DNA of 64,000 bases from a virus. The notes under the pieces are model-generated. The model was given only the letters and a program-made list of their open reading frames with translations, had not been told where the DNA came from and did no database searches. The DNA lies in IMG/VR virus record IMGVR_UViG_3300032236_001304, positions 24,443-88,442 of that record; one strand, given 5' to 3'. Position numbers and translations under genes: made by a program. This document shows positions 10,117-21,272 of this stretch, piece after piece (position 1 is the stretch's first letter; each line of letters begins with the position of its first letter).

Positions 10117-11180
10117 TGGCAATAGAAAAAAAATATATCAATCTTTCGGATACATCTAATGAAACTAATGTCGTTACTAAATTATATGTTGACCAATACA
10201 ATACATCTGAATTAATTAAATCGGTAGATACGAAAGTTACGGAATTAATTCAACCATTACCAAACGCAAATTTAGATTTAGTACCAAAGCCGGTTTATGA
10301 TGCAGAATTATCGCATAGTGCAGATTTACAAAAACAAGTTAATAATTTACAAAATGAAGTAACTGATTTAACTACACAGGTTCAATCATTAACAGCCGAT
10401 AGTAGTTCATTATATACATCAAATGATAATTTTAGGCTTATAAATGCAAAGTTAGAAAATTCCGTAGCATCAATTCAACAAACGGTATTAGAATTAAGAA
10501 CTAACTTAACTACATCATTAACTAAAGCGATTAATGAAGCAACAGAAAGAACTGCATTAGAAGCTGAAAATAATGGTTTGACTGCTCAAAAGAATGCATT
10601 AATTAAACAAATCGATACTTTAAATAATTTATTAGCACAAGCAAACGCAACAATACAAGTAGCACAACAACAATTAAGTGCAAAACAGCAAGCAATTGCG
10701 GCTGGTGGTGTTTCTACCGGTGAATTAGCTACTATTATATTTGATGCGGGTGATATTACTAAATCTAAATTAACCGCAATGATAAACCAAGATTATAATG
10801 GTGGACCTAACGGTGTTCAAAATAAGTTTACTAAACCTGGTGATAATAATGGAGAAGGGTATGTTACTTATTTTGATGTAGTTGCAGGACCTAAAGATAT
10901 TATAGTTGATACAAATGCAACGGGTGGATATACTATTGTTCCATGGAATTTTGGTGTTTCTTTACCGGTTACATTAAAAGCAAATGAAACAAAAAGATTT
11001 AATATGGTAGACCCTAACCAACAATGGTTAAATACATATCCTGGTAATGATGGTGGAAGTTTTTGGAAAGCATCTAAACCAACAGTATCTATGTTTACAT
11101 TTTCAGTTGTAGTTAAAGATATAGACCCTAATGGAAAAACCGAAAATAAAAACTTTACTGGTAAAATTTGGAAACACTAA
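10116..11180 (+). CDS. Virion protein with a long coiled coil and C-terminal beta domain
   Basis: Heptad-like Q/L/A-rich segment (about aa 65-195) followed by a Gly/Asn-rich beta region. Confidence 0.55.
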   Translation: MAIEKKYINLSDTSNETNVVTKLYVDQYNTSELIKSVDTKVTELIQPLPNANLDLVPKPVYDAELSHSADLQKQVNNLQNEVTDLTTQVQSLTADSSSLYTSNDNFRLINAKLENSVASIQQTVLELRTNLTTSLTKAINEATERTALEAENNGLTAQKNALIKQIDTLNNLLAQANATIQVAQQQLSAKQQAIAAGGVSTGELATIIFDAGDITKSKLTAMINQDYNGGPNGVQNKFTKPGDNNGEGYVTYFDVVAGPKDIIVDTNATGGYTIVPWNFGVSLPVTLKANETKRFNMVDPNQQWLNTYPGNDGGSFWKASKPTVSMFTFSVVVKDIDPNGKTENKNFTGKIWKH

Positions 11181-11183
11181 TAT

Positions 11184-12446
11184 ATGGCAATAAACGATTT
11201 TAAAAATATTGAAAACATTAATCTTAATTTAGATTCAACTGCTCAGTTAATCAATTCTAAAGATTTAAAGATATTCAAAACAAGTGCTAAAAACATTACT
11301 GATTTTGGAATGTCAAAGAATGATGTTATTGAGTTTAGAGTATATGATATTTCAAATAATTTATTAGAACAAACCGGTGGAATAAAAGTAAGATATATCC
11401 ATAAAAATGATTTATCAAAATATCTTAAAAGTGATGTTGATTCAAAAACACAAGAATTAATTTATGATATTGATGTTGAAAAATTAATTAGAGAAGCTGG
11501 ATATGGTAATGGTGAATTTAAAGTATCTTTTAATTTTTTAAAGAACTATGTAGGAAATGAGGATAAAAAACAAAGAGTTTGGATACATGAAGTTTCACCA
11601 AGTAGAACTGAAATAAGAATAATGCCTTTATTGAGCACAGATGATAGTTTAAATTCAAAAGTTATTCATAGATACAATTCTTTATTAGAAAAGGGAAATG
11701 AATTAAGAGAAAATATTTCTATTATAAAGAATGCAATAGATTCAATTCAAAATCAAATAAGTGATTTAATAGATAACTATTTTGTATCAAAACATGGTAA
11801 AGTTTGGTTAGATGTTGTATTAAGAGATTATAAATTTAATGATTTAAATTATACGGCATTTAAAGAAAAGATTTTTAATGATTTTAAAAATTCTGTGTAT
11901 TATCAATTAGATGGAAAAGAATATAATATTAATTCTGCAAATTATGGTAAAAACTCAATTAACCCATTTGATATAGATGAATTTTTATCTACATCAGATG
12001 TATTAGTATTATTACAAAATAGATTATTTGAATCAATTGAATATAGTGCATCTAAAATTGCACAATACGATATTCCACAAATAATAAAAGATTATACACA
12101 AACTAAAGTAGATTCACAATTGTTACAATCATTGTTAGATACAAATTACACAACTAAAAGTAATTTAACACAAAACAATAAATTAGGAACAATTAAACAA
12201 TCAACAGTTACTATTGATACTACACCTCCTGTTGAAAAGAAAAAAGAAGATGTGATTATACCAACACCACCAGCAGAACCTCCAACACCACCGCCACCTA
12301 CAAAGGGTGGAGTAAGTAGTGGAGCAGGTGCAGCTGGTAGTGGTAATGCTAGATATATACAAGATTACACAGCTGCCGATATTCATCAATTAGGTAGTAC
12401 TGGAGAAAGAGTTAATAAAGCTTTAGTACAAGATGTATATCAATAA
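11184..12446 (+). CDS. Putative baseplate-associated protein
   Basis: IHEVSPSRTEIRI motif; Pro-rich low-complexity C-terminus (PTPPAEPPTPPPPTKGG); structural module context. Confidence 0.55.
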   Translation: MAINDFKNIENINLNLDSTAQLINSKDLKIFKTSAKNITDFGMSKNDVIEFRVYDISNNLLEQTGGIKVRYIHKNDLSKYLKSDVDSKTQELIYDIDVEKLIREAGYGNGEFKVSFNFLKNYVGNEDKKQRVWIHEVSPSRTEIRIMPLLSTDDSLNSKVIHRYNSLLEKGNELRENISIIKNAIDSIQNQISDLIDNYFVSKHGKVWLDVVLRDYKFNDLNYTAFKEKIFNDFKNSVYYQLDGKEYNINSANYGKNSINPFDIDEFLSTSDVLVLLQNRLFESIEYSASKIAQYDIPQIIKDYTQTKVDSQLLQSLLDTNYTTKSNLTQNNKLGTIKQSTVTIDTTPPVEKKKEDVIIPTPPAEPPTPPPPTKGGVSSGAGAAGSGNARYIQDYTAADIHQLGSTGERVNKALVQDVYQ

Positions 12447-12460
12447 AAATTAAATAAAAA

Positions 12461-12468
12461 TATTTATA
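12461..12468 (+). promoter_or_regulatory. TATTTATA box, candidate late promoter
   Basis: Exact motif 4 nt before ATG 12473. Confidence 0.55.
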
Positions 12469-12472
12469 CTCA

Positions 12473-15400
12473 ATGGGATATTTAGAAAATTTGTATTCAA
12501 AAAATATGACGGGTGGTAACTACATTCCGTTTAATTCATTAGATATTTTTAATGAAACTATTAGTAGTGGAACTAGTGGTAATAGTGGTGGATATACACC
12601 TGCAGTCAAATCACCCGGAAACGATTTAAAAATATTTCTTACAAATACAAGTCAGTATAAAGGACAAATGACCTTTAATGTTCAAAATCAGAACTATAAT
12701 GAAGGTACATCGATTGCAATTGATTCAAACACAATTAATGATAGTTTATTAATTAAACCAATTGTAAATGATGGATATACATTAAAAAATTATTTTCAAT
12801 TTGTAAAAGGTTCTAATGGTAAGATTCTGTTTAATACTTACAATGGTAGAAATGAATTACAAGGAACTAAGCAATTAGAGTTACCCGATACACTTGATTT
12901 GGGATTTGATTTGGATGTAACACCTAAAATAGTTACAAAAACAACAGCTACTAAAATACAATCTGTTTTTTTAACTACTAATTATAATAATTCTACATTA
13001 AATAATGAATTAGAAGTAACTATTGGTTCAAATGATTTATCATCACCAAAAAAATTAAAAATAGGTGATTCGGTAGATATTTCAAATATTAACAATACAT
13101 CATCCGATTTAAATATTTCGGTTAGTGGATTATCATCGTTTAATTTAAAAAATATTAGATGGCAATATGCTAATAAATTTAGTAGTAATAGTGTATTTGA
13201 TATAAATGATTTTAATATATTAACAGGTGATACAACCGCGGTAATAAAAAATACAATATTCAATTCTAATATTGTATTATTAATAGAAGTAGTTCCTAAT
13301 ACTGCAAATTATCCTACACTAACATTAGATAAAAATACAATAACTACTAATATTGCGGAAAGTGTTTTTGCTAATAAGAGTGATTATTCAATTAATGTTG
13401 ATTGTAAAATAACAAAAGCTGATTCGGTAAAAATTAAAACGCCATATAGAGAATTTACACAAACTGTAAGTAATGGTATTTTTTTAGATTTACAAAATGA
13501 CTTTAAAAATAATGAAGGACAGTTTAAAGTATTATTGACACCATATTCAAATTTATATGGTGATGGAATTACACAATCAATATTAATAACAATTGGTAAA
13601 GTATTTGATACTCCAATTATAGATAAAATAGATTATCCAACAAATGTAACAATACCTGTTTATAGTTTTGGTGATACTAATTTTACAATACTTTTTGAAA
13701 GTACGTTAGCTAATAAAGTATTAATATATCATACAAAAGAAGATGATGTAAATTTATTTGGCAAATTTAACGCAAATGATAAAATAATATTAAACTATAA
13801 TTCTATTAAAGCATTTAATACAAATGCAACCTTAGATTTATTAATAGTTCCATATAATGGAAACATTAAAGGTGAAATAGAAAGAATTAGTATTTCATTT
13901 GATGATCCTGGATTTTATGTTTCTACACAAAATTTAAAAGATGAATTATTTAATGCAATTGCATCACAATTAAAACTTAATTTAAATAAATCAAGTTATT
14001 TAAATCATTTAACATCATTTGATGTAGATGATAAGCAAATTATTATTTCAAATTGGGATACTGATACTAATACCTTTACTAAATTTAAAACCGATGAATT
14101 AGGTAATCAAATTCCCGATGGTCAAATAAGTAAAACTATTGTATTAAAATTATATGAACCATTACCAACGAATATTAATAAAAATGATACTCTTTGGATT
14201 TCTGAATTAATGGCATTACCAATATTACAATCGGTTGTAATTAGTGGTAATAATGAAGATAATTGTATTCCATTAAGAGCTGCTAATTTTAATATTGAAG
14301 TTGATTTTGTTAAAGGACAATCTACCGGATTTGAGTCATATGATAGTTTAATATTAAGTGGTTCTACTACATCTCAACAATTAATAGACAAATATTTAAC
14401 TGAAAATTTTATTGATGTTAAAGGTATTAATATTAAGTATGCAAGTGGTTCTACTCCTACATTTGAAAATTTTGTAAAGTATAGTAGTGCAGTTGAAAGA
14501 TTAGCAAACTTTAGATATAAAAAAGAATTGGCTGAATGGTATGATGATAAAATCAATACATTATCAGATGTAGCTACATCAACTACTACTGCATTAAATT
14601 TAGATATTCAAAATTATATTACTAAAAAAACAAATTTAGTAACTGGATTTGATGGTTGGGAAACATATCTAACACAAAGTGTATTTACGGGTTCTTTTAA
14701 TAATAATATAGATGTATATAATAATTACTATACATTGGCAAGTGAATATGATAGAACTAACAATAATGCTTTAAAAAACAATTTACCATTACATATTATT
14801 GATGATAATAATAATTTAGATTATGTATTATTCTTAGATATGGTTGGTAATTATTTTGATATCTTGTGGGCATATATTAAAGGTATAAGTGACCAACGTA
14901 AAATATCAGAACAAAAGAGTGATGGTATAAGTGATGATTTGTTATATCAATATTTAAAATCATTTGGATGGGATGCTAAAAATTTAAATTCTAATAAACA
15001 ACTTTGGGATTATACATTTGGTTATAATAATGAAGGTGTTACTGGTTCATTTACATCTGATGTTCATTTGGGTGAAAATAATACATTAATTACACCTGAA
15101 GCAGCTAATTCACAAATTTGGAGAAGAATTGCAAATAACTTACCTTATTTATTAAAACATAAAGGTAGTATTAGAGGTATTAATGCATTACTTACTTGTT
15201 ATGGTATACCGGCATCTAATATTTCTATTATGGAGTTCGGTGGCCCTAATATACAAACCGTAGAAGATTCACCTAAATTTATATACGATAGTTTAACACA
15301 TAATTTAGTATTTGATAATGTAAGTGCTAGTTTAAATATTCCATTCAACGGAACACCTAAACCACAATCAATTGAGTTTAAATTTAAACCAAATGATTTT

Positions 15401-17257
15401 GAATCATATACATTTATAACAGGTAGTAATTTTAAAATAGGAATTGTAGCGAATAATTCAGGCGATGTAATTGGTAAAAAATATGGTTATTTAAAAATAA
15501 ACAATCAATTATTTGATAATATATCATATCCGTTTTACGATGGTAATTATCATAGTATATTAATTAACAAAAGTGGTAGTTCAATTACTACATATGTTAA
15601 AACAAATGATAAAGACAGAATTATACATAGTGCTGAGTGGAATGCTACTATTGTAGAAAGTGATTACGAAAATACAACTACATTATCATTCACAGGATTT
15701 AAAGGTCATTTAGAAGAGTTTAGATTATGGAATACTAACTTAAGTGAGAGTGTATTTGATAATCACGTAATAATGCCTGAGGCGATAAATGGTAATGATA
15801 TTTATGGTTCTACAAATGATTTATTATTAAGATTAGATTTTGAAAGACCACAGAGTTTATTTACTACTAGTTCAATTAATAATGTAGCACCTAATTTAAA
15901 CTATATAGATTCAGTAGAAACTATTGGTTTTGCAAGTGCATCTAATTATCCATGGAATTATGAAGTATTAGAAAGACAAGTATCTTTAACAATTCCTAAT
16001 AGTGGAGCAAGTAGATATTACACTAATAAAGTAAGATTAGAATCACAACAATTAGTAGGTAATTTATCTCCAACAAAAAGAGCAACTAAAAAAGCATTTG
16101 AAACATCTACAAAAGATTCTAATAGAGTAGGTTTATTTTTCTCACCTAATAAAGATTTGGATTTAGATATTGCAAAATCATTGGGTGGTGAATCATTTGA
16201 TGATTTTATCGGTGACCCTCAATATGAATATGGATATACAACTTATCCTGAATTAGATACTATACGAAACTATTATTTTGAAAGAGTAGGTGAACGAAAC
16301 TTATATGAGTTTATTCGTTTAATTAAATTCTATGATAAATCATTATTTGTTAATTTAAAAGAAATGTTGCCAGTTAGAGCAAATGCTACAACAGGTCTTT
16401 TAATAGCACCACATTTATTAGAAAGAAATAAAGTTAAAATAAATAGACCCAAAGTTGAAGCAGAGAGTTTAGAGGGTATTGTAAAAGAAACTCAAATTAC
16501 AGATTTAGTTGGTAATTATAATGTATTAGATAGTGAATTAGATTTAAGAGATACATTAAATAATATAAGTGCAATTAATGAAGATTTAGATGCGGAAATA
16601 AATGCAACTGATACCTACAATTTTGCTGCAGAAGATTTAACATATGAAGTTACAATTGATAATGATTTGGGAAATGTAGCTAGTGCAGAATGGGAAACGT
16701 ATGATGGAACAATTGATTATAATAGATATGCTGGAACGTTAACAACTGAATTTGAATTACTTGGTTCTGGGCAAGTTGTTGGTATGGGATTATATGATGA
16801 TTATGGATTTAATACTTATTTTACAAACGGATATGGAAAATATCATTATGAAGAAAATGGTTCATTTAAATCTAAAGGTGTAAGAGGATTTTTAGTAACT
16901 AGAAAACATACTTATTTATATCCAAGTGCAAGTATTAATGGTATTGTATCTACGGTGGCGACTTCATCTTTTTCACAAGATTTAATTATACAAGATTTTA
17001 GTTCTAGTTTAGGATTACAAGGAGATCCTAATATAATTAGTATCGTTACAGCAAGTGGATATTTACCATCTCATCATATTTATAAAGGTGAAAAACACAC
17101 TGGTATGCAGAATTTGTTTTACAATGGTTCTAAACAAACAAAATATACTACAATAGACGGTAAAGATGCAGTTGAAACATTTGTAACTAATCCAACTACA
17201 TTACGAGTTACTAAACAAGGTAGAAGTAATAACGAACCAATCTTAGAAGTTGATTAA
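12473..17257 (+). CDS. Large baseplate wedge/tail protein (gpI/gp7-like segment plus LamG-like domain)
   Basis: WRRIANNLPYLLKHKGSIRGINALLTCYG resembles the P2 gpI-type KG(T/S) motif; SIEFKFKP...YHSILI...FKGHLEEFRLWN is LamG-like; 1594 aa. Confidence 0.65.
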   Translation: MGYLENLYSKNMTGGNYIPFNSLDIFNETISSGTSGNSGGYTPAVKSPGNDLKIFLTNTSQYKGQMTFNVQNQNYNEGTSIAIDSNTINDSLLIKPIVNDGYTLKNYFQFVKGSNGKILFNTYNGRNELQGTKQLELPDTLDLGFDLDVTPKIVTKTTATKIQSVFLTTNYNNSTLNNELEVTIGSNDLSSPKKLKIGDSVDISNINNTSSDLNISVSGLSSFNLKNIRWQYANKFSSNSVFDINDFNILTGDTTAVIKNTIFNSNIVLLIEVVPNTANYPTLTLDKNTITTNIAESVFANKSDYSINVDCKITKADSVKIKTPYREFTQTVSNGIFLDLQNDFKNNEGQFKVLLTPYSNLYGDGITQSILITIGKVFDTPIIDKIDYPTNVTIPVYSFGDTNFTILFESTLANKVLIYHTKEDDVNLFGKFNANDKIILNYNSIKAFNTNATLDLLIVPYNGNIKGEIERISISFDDPGFYVSTQNLKDELFNAIASQLKLNLNKSSYLNHLTSFDVDDKQIIISNWDTDTNTFTKFKTDELGNQIPDGQISKTIVLKLYEPLPTNINKNDTLWISELMALPILQSVVISGNNEDNCIPLRAANFNIEVDFVKGQSTGFESYDSLILSGSTTSQQLIDKYLTENFIDVKGINIKYASGSTPTFENFVKYSSAVERLANFRYKKELAEWYDDKINTLSDVATSTTTALNLDIQNYITKKTNLVTGFDGWETYLTQSVFTGSFNNNIDVYNNYYTLASEYDRTNNNALKNNLPLHIIDDNNNLDYVLFLDMVGNYFDILWAYIKGISDQRKISEQKSDGISDDLLYQYLKSFGWDAKNLNSNKQLWDYTFGYNNEGVTGSFTSDVHLGENNTLITPEAANSQIWRRIANNLPYLLKHKGSIRGINALLTCYGIPASNISIMEFGGPNIQTVEDSPKFIYDSLTHNLVFDNVSASLNIPFNGTPKPQSIEFKFKPNDFESYTFITGSNFKIGIVANNSGDVIGKKYGYLKINNQLFDNISYPFYDGNYHSILINKSGSSITTYVKTNDKDRIIHSAEWNATIVESDYENTTTLSFTGFKGHLEEFRLWNTNLSESVFDNHVIMPEAINGNDIYGSTNDLLLRLDFERPQSLFTTSSINNVAPNLNYIDSVETIGFASASNYPWNYEVLERQVSLTIPNSGASRYYTNKVRLESQQLVGNLSPTKRATKKAFETSTKDSNRVGLFFSPNKDLDLDIAKSLGGESFDDFIGDPQYEYGYTTYPELDTIRNYYFERVGERNLYEFIRLIKFYDKSLFVNLKEMLPVRANATTGLLIAPHLLERNKVKINRPKVEAESLEGIVKETQITDLVGNYNVLDSELDLRDTLNNISAINEDLDAEINATDTYNFAAEDLTYEVTIDNDLGNVASAEWETYDGTIDYNRYAGTLTTEFELLGSGQVVGMGLYDDYGFNTYFTNGYGKYHYEENGSFKSKGVRGFLVTRKHTYLYPSASINGIVSTVATSSFSQDLIIQDFSSSLGLQGDPNIISIVTASGYLPSHHIYKGEKHTGMQNLFYNGSKQTKYTTIDGKDAVETFVTNPTTLRVTKQGRSNNEPILEVD

Positions 17258-17285
17258 AAATAATGTAAAGAAAAAATATTTTATA

Positions 17286-17293
17286 TATTTATA
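17286..17293 (+). promoter_or_regulatory. TATTTATA box, candidate late promoter
   Basis: Exact motif 20 nt before ATG 17314, followed by an A-rich leader. Confidence 0.6.
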
Positions 17294-17313
17294 AAAAGAA
17301 ATAACAAACTATT

Positions 17314-17937
17314 ATGGCATATTTAGATAACACAACGATTACAGTAGATGCTATCCTTACAAAAAAAGGAAGAGAAAAATTAGCAGCTGGTCAACCTTTA
17401 AACATTACACAATTTGCATTAGGTGATGATGAAATTGATTATAATTTATATGATGCAGCACATCCAAAAGGAAGTGCTTTTTATGATTATGCAATTTTAA
17501 AAACACCAATTTTAGAAGCATCTCCGGATGAAACACAAGCATTAAAATACAAATTAGTAACTTTACCAAAAGGTACAGTAAAAATACCTGTGGTTTCAAT
17601 TAATGTTGCATCTATTGCAGCAAAAACTACCGGTGGTAAATTCCCTATCACTCCTTCAACTTCACCAGCGGGTAATTTGAATGGTGGTTATACAGCAGTA
17701 TTAGGAAATAAAAATGCTGGTACTATTGTTGGTGAAGGTTTAGCAAATGTAACAACAACTTCAACTACATTTACAAATAGTGTAACTGCAACTGCTGAAG
17801 TAGTTAAAGGTATGACATTTACTTTCATTCCTAATAGTTCATTAACTTCTACATTAACAACAACATTAACTATATTTGGTAACGAAACTGGTGGTAGTAT
17901 TACTATTCCTGTAACCGTTACTTATGTAGCTGCATAA
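17314..17937 (+). CDS. Virion structural protein (tail-collar/fibre-attachment-like N-terminus)
   Basis: AILTKKGREKLAAGQPLNITQFALGD resembles the start of P2 gpH/DUF3751-type domains; Thr-rich Ig-like C-terminus. Confidence 0.6.
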   Translation: MAYLDNTTITVDAILTKKGREKLAAGQPLNITQFALGDDEIDYNLYDAAHPKGSAFYDYAILKTPILEASPDETQALKYKLVTLPKGTVKIPVVSINVASIAAKTTGGKFPITPSTSPAGNLNGGYTAVLGNKNAGTIVGEGLANVTTTSTTFTNSVTATAEVVKGMTFTFIPNSSLTSTLTTTLTIFGNETGGSITIPVTVTYVAA

Positions 17938-17954
17938 AATAATAAAAAACGAAT

Positions 17955-19187
17955 ATGGCAACTTTAGGTACAAATACCGGAACACAATTAACCAATGATT
18001 TAGCAACGTATCTTAACCAACAGAAACAAAATGCTAATGGTACATTAGATACAACTCAATTGGCGGCAATCATTAACAACTATCTTACAACAGGTGAGAA
18101 GTTAGTAATGGAAACAGGTACAACTACAAATTCAGTATATAAAGCATTTAACACAACTGATGTAGTACCTGCTAAAAATGAAATCGTAACAACTGGTATA
18201 TTTAGTAATGGTAGTGGTAGCTTAAGCCAATTTTTTACAAGTTCTACATCAAATGTAGCTGGTAATGGTTTAAAATTTTATTCTGGTTCAGTTACTTCAC
18301 CTTATTATTATAATGTATATGCATCATCTGCATCTACTGCTCCAGTTGAATTTTCAGTAGGATATGGTCATATTAGTGGTGCAGGTGTGCCAAATACAGC
18401 AGCAGATCCTAATTCAACTTTAGCTACTAAAGCTACTTATTTTCAATATAGAGCGTTATTAACTGATACTGGTGAAAATTATTTTACATTTTATTCTGGT
18501 AGTACATTAGATGGATATTCATCAAACGATATTTATTTTATTAATTTAAGTAGAGCAAATTACAGAGAAAGAATGGATGCAGGTAACTGGGAAATTCATT
18601 TGAGTGGCTCTAAAGGTATTTATACATTCATAGACAATAGTGGTGAAAAATTCAACACAGTAAATAGTGGTACAAACGAATTTAATATCGTAAGTGGTAC
18701 ATTGAATTTAGGAACTACAAATCCAGCAACAATTGCTTCAGTTACAGCATCTAATGGACAAGGATTTGGTAAATTCTATCCTGATTATGGTATTTTAGTA
18801 TTCAACCCAACTGCATTAAGTGCTAGTGTTGGTGGTGAATTAGGTGGTTCTACTCAATCTTCTTCATATGATTATTCACAAAACGATTTCTTAAATGCAA
18901 TTAGTGGTGGTGCATATTTTGAAGCAAGAAGAATTGAAAACGTATCAACTGCACACTATTTTGTAAGAGTTAATAACAGAGAATTCAATTTTTCAAATAA
19001 CCCTACTTATACTGATGCTACTGGTTCATTTATTGAGCCTACTTTTACAACAGATCCTTTAACTTATATTACAACCGTTGGATTGTTTAACGATGCAAAC
19101 GAAATGATTGCAGTTGCTAAAACATCTCAACCAATAGCTAAATCTTTCAGTAAAGAATTATTATTGAAAGTTAAATTAGATTTCTAA
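17955..19187 (+). CDS. Virion structural protein (baseplate/tail), probably abundant
   Basis: Ser/Gly/Thr-rich; C-terminal EFNFSNNP...YITTVGLFNDANEMIAVAKTSQPIAK; followed by a terminator hairpin. Confidence 0.65.
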   Translation: MATLGTNTGTQLTNDLATYLNQQKQNANGTLDTTQLAAIINNYLTTGEKLVMETGTTTNSVYKAFNTTDVVPAKNEIVTTGIFSNGSGSLSQFFTSSTSNVAGNGLKFYSGSVTSPYYYNVYASSASTAPVEFSVGYGHISGAGVPNTAADPNSTLATKATYFQYRALLTDTGENYFTFYSGSTLDGYSSNDIYFINLSRANYRERMDAGNWEIHLSGSKGIYTFIDNSGEKFNTVNSGTNEFNIVSGTLNLGTTNPATIASVTASNGQGFGKFYPDYGILVFNPTALSASVGGELGGSTQSSSYDYSQNDFLNAISGGAYFEARRIENVSTAHYFVRVNNREFNFSNNPTYTDATGSFIEPTFTTDPLTYITTVGLFNDANEMIAVAKTSQPIAKSFSKELLLKVKLDF

Positions 19188-19234
19188 AATATTGTTTGAA
19201 AGTATCGTAGAACAAAAATCAAACAACATAAACT

Positions 19235-19266
19235 AACCCAACCTTAAAAAAGTTGGGTTTTTGTTT
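19235..19266 (+). terminator. Rho-independent terminator
   Basis: Stem AACCCAAC (19235-19242) / GTTGGGTT (19252-19259), 9-nt loop, then TTTGTTT; lies downstream of the gene ending at 19187. Confidence 0.8.
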
Positions 19267-19273
19267 AATAAGA

Positions 19274-19281
19274 TATTTATA
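19274..19281 (+). promoter_or_regulatory. TATTTATA box, candidate late promoter
   Basis: Exact motif directly after the terminator and 7 nt before ATG 19289, where transcription would need to restart. Confidence 0.65.
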
Positions 19282-19288
19282 ATAGATT

Positions 19289-20341
19289 ATGTTAAAACAC
19301 ATTCAAAAATCCGATATTAATTTACGACCATTTAAGGTTTATAAATCGTTTGGTGCAAATGAAACGGATTATCCAGTAGCAATTGCAGAAGAATCTAGTG
19401 ATTTAGGATATACTGATGATACTATTTTAGAAAGAAAGACATTATATCATAGAATAAAAACTATGTATTATAATGGTGATAATGCATTAAATCCATTTTT
19501 ATCATACGGAACATTTAAACCAACTTATAGTAATTTAGAATCTGCAAAACAACGTTCTTTAAAAGATAGAGCATTGGTTTTAAAAATTCCACAAATTAAA
19601 TTTGGTGAAGAAATAAAACCAGGTTCGATTAATTTATTAAATAATGATTTAAATGAAATAATATATGATGATTCATATGGTAATTTAAGTTCAAATTATA
19701 ATTCATATGAATTATTAAAGTTTGATATAGAAAATGCAGATTTTTGGTTTTACGATGCTGATTCACAGATTGTTAAAACTAAAATAATATATTGTGATGT
19801 TGAAGTGGGAGAATTATTAATAGCAACTTTAAATTCTATACAAGAAACTGTTTTTATATTATTAAGAGTAGATGTAGAACTTGCAAAAATTTCATTTTTA
19901 GGAACATTTAAACATACTGATTTAAATTTATCTATTATTGGAAATGTTATTTATTCACATGGTGTTATTATATTAACAAGAGACACCGGTATAAATGAAG
20001 CAAGAGAAAATTCATTACAACAATATACGTTAGAATATAAATCTACGAATACTATTTATGAAAATGAAATATTATTAGTAGTAGGTGAGGATGAATTTAA
20101 TGTATCTACAAATAAAAGTTCACAAATAGAAATAGATGGTTCAATGTTCCAATCTCCATTATTTGCAGAATATGAGTATAGTTCATCCGTAGATCCAATT
20201 GGTTCTTATTTAGCACCTTATATAACCACCATTGGTTTATATGATGAGAATATGGATATGGTAGCAATTGCTAAGTTGGCAACACCTGTAAAATCGACAC
20301 CAGACCTACCTGTAAATTTCTTAGTAAGATTTGATACTTAA
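19289..20341 (+). CDS. Virion structural protein, paralogous C-terminus to 17955..19187
   Basis: EFNVSTN...PYITTIGLYDENMDMVAIAKLATPVK...VRFD aligns with the C-terminus of the upstream gene. Confidence 0.65.
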   Translation: MLKHIQKSDINLRPFKVYKSFGANETDYPVAIAEESSDLGYTDDTILERKTLYHRIKTMYYNGDNALNPFLSYGTFKPTYSNLESAKQRSLKDRALVLKIPQIKFGEEIKPGSINLLNNDLNEIIYDDSYGNLSSNYNSYELLKFDIENADFWFYDADSQIVKTKIIYCDVEVGELLIATLNSIQETVFILLRVDVELAKISFLGTFKHTDLNLSIIGNVIYSHGVIILTRDTGINEARENSLQQYTLEYKSTNTIYENEILLVVGEDEFNVSTNKSSQIEIDGSMFQSPLFAEYEYSSSVDPIGSYLAPYITTIGLYDENMDMVAIAKLATPVKSTPDLPVNFLVRFDT

Positions 20342-20344
20342 TAT

Positions 20345-21046
20345 ATGATTAAAATTTATTATCATGTTTTTGCAAAAAATGGTGTTATTGATATTTTAAA
20401 TGAACACTTTGAATTAATTGAAAAATATTTTAATTTTGAATACGAATTAAACATTGGAATTTGTTACGATACTGAAAATAATTTACCAGAAGTTACTGAG
20501 TATTTAAATAATAAAAAATGTATAATAAGAAATACAGCGTCTGCAAAGGATTTGACTTCTGAATGGGTTACTTTAAATTTAATAGAGGGTGATAAACCTA
20601 CATTTGCAGATGATGATATTATTTTATATTTACATACAAAAGGAATTACAAGAATTAATGATGACTTGTATGATAATGTTTGTTCTTGGAGACAAATGTT
20701 AAATTATTTTTTATTAGAAAGGATTAATGATATATTAGTAATTTTTAATAATACAGATTATAATATGTATTGTATTAGTAAACATAGTTATAATTCCGAA
20801 TTAGAACCTGAACATTTTCATATGAATGGTAATTTTTGTGCATTAAAAGGTAAATATGTTAAAACCATAGATACCACATTAGGTAACAGATCTGCAAAAA
20901 ATGATGTTGAAAATAGATTTTGGCAAATGGGGTTGGATAGAAATCTATATGAAGCATATCCATTAAGAGGTAATATTGATTTTTATCATAGTTACTTTAA
21001 AAGAAAAGATTATGAAATAAAAGGAAAAACTATTATATTTATATAA
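20345..21046 (+). CDS. Putative glycosyltransferase-like protein (HTKG motif)
   Basis: IYYH at the N-terminus, E-x-x-TL, ILYLHTKG, WRQML, HMNGNF: pattern seen in GT-A-like proteins of polysaccharide loci. Confidence 0.45.
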   Translation: MIKIYYHVFAKNGVIDILNEHFELIEKYFNFEYELNIGICYDTENNLPEVTEYLNNKKCIIRNTASAKDLTSEWVTLNLIEGDKPTFADDDIILYLHTKGITRINDDLYDNVCSWRQMLNYFLLERINDILVIFNNTDYNMYCISKHSYNSELEPEHFHMNGNFCALKGKYVKTIDTTLGNRSAKNDVENRFWQMGLDRNLYEAYPLRGNIDFYHSYFKRKDYEIKGKTIIFI

Positions 21047-21057
21047 AACAAAACACA

Positions 21058-21270
21058 ATGGCAATTATAGACACATACAATAAAAGTGGAATAGCAGCAA
21101 AAATTGATAATAATGCTAAAACAGCAGGATTTAAGGCTAACGAACAACAAGGTGATCCTTCACAATTTGATTTAAGTGCAACTACTTTAGATAAAAAAGA
21201 TTTAAACGGAAATGCAACCGCTCCTTATACTCCTAAGAAGACGTATGAAGATGTTACTCCTAGAAAATAA
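21058..21270 (+). CDS. Small hypothetical protein (late gene)
   Basis: 70-aa ORF preceded by TATTTATA (21036-21043) and an A-rich leader. Confidence 0.65.
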   Translation: MAIIDTYNKSGIAAKIDNNAKTAGFKANEQQGDPSQFDLSATTLDKKDLNGNATAPYTPKKTYEDVTPRK

Positions 21271-21272
21271 TA

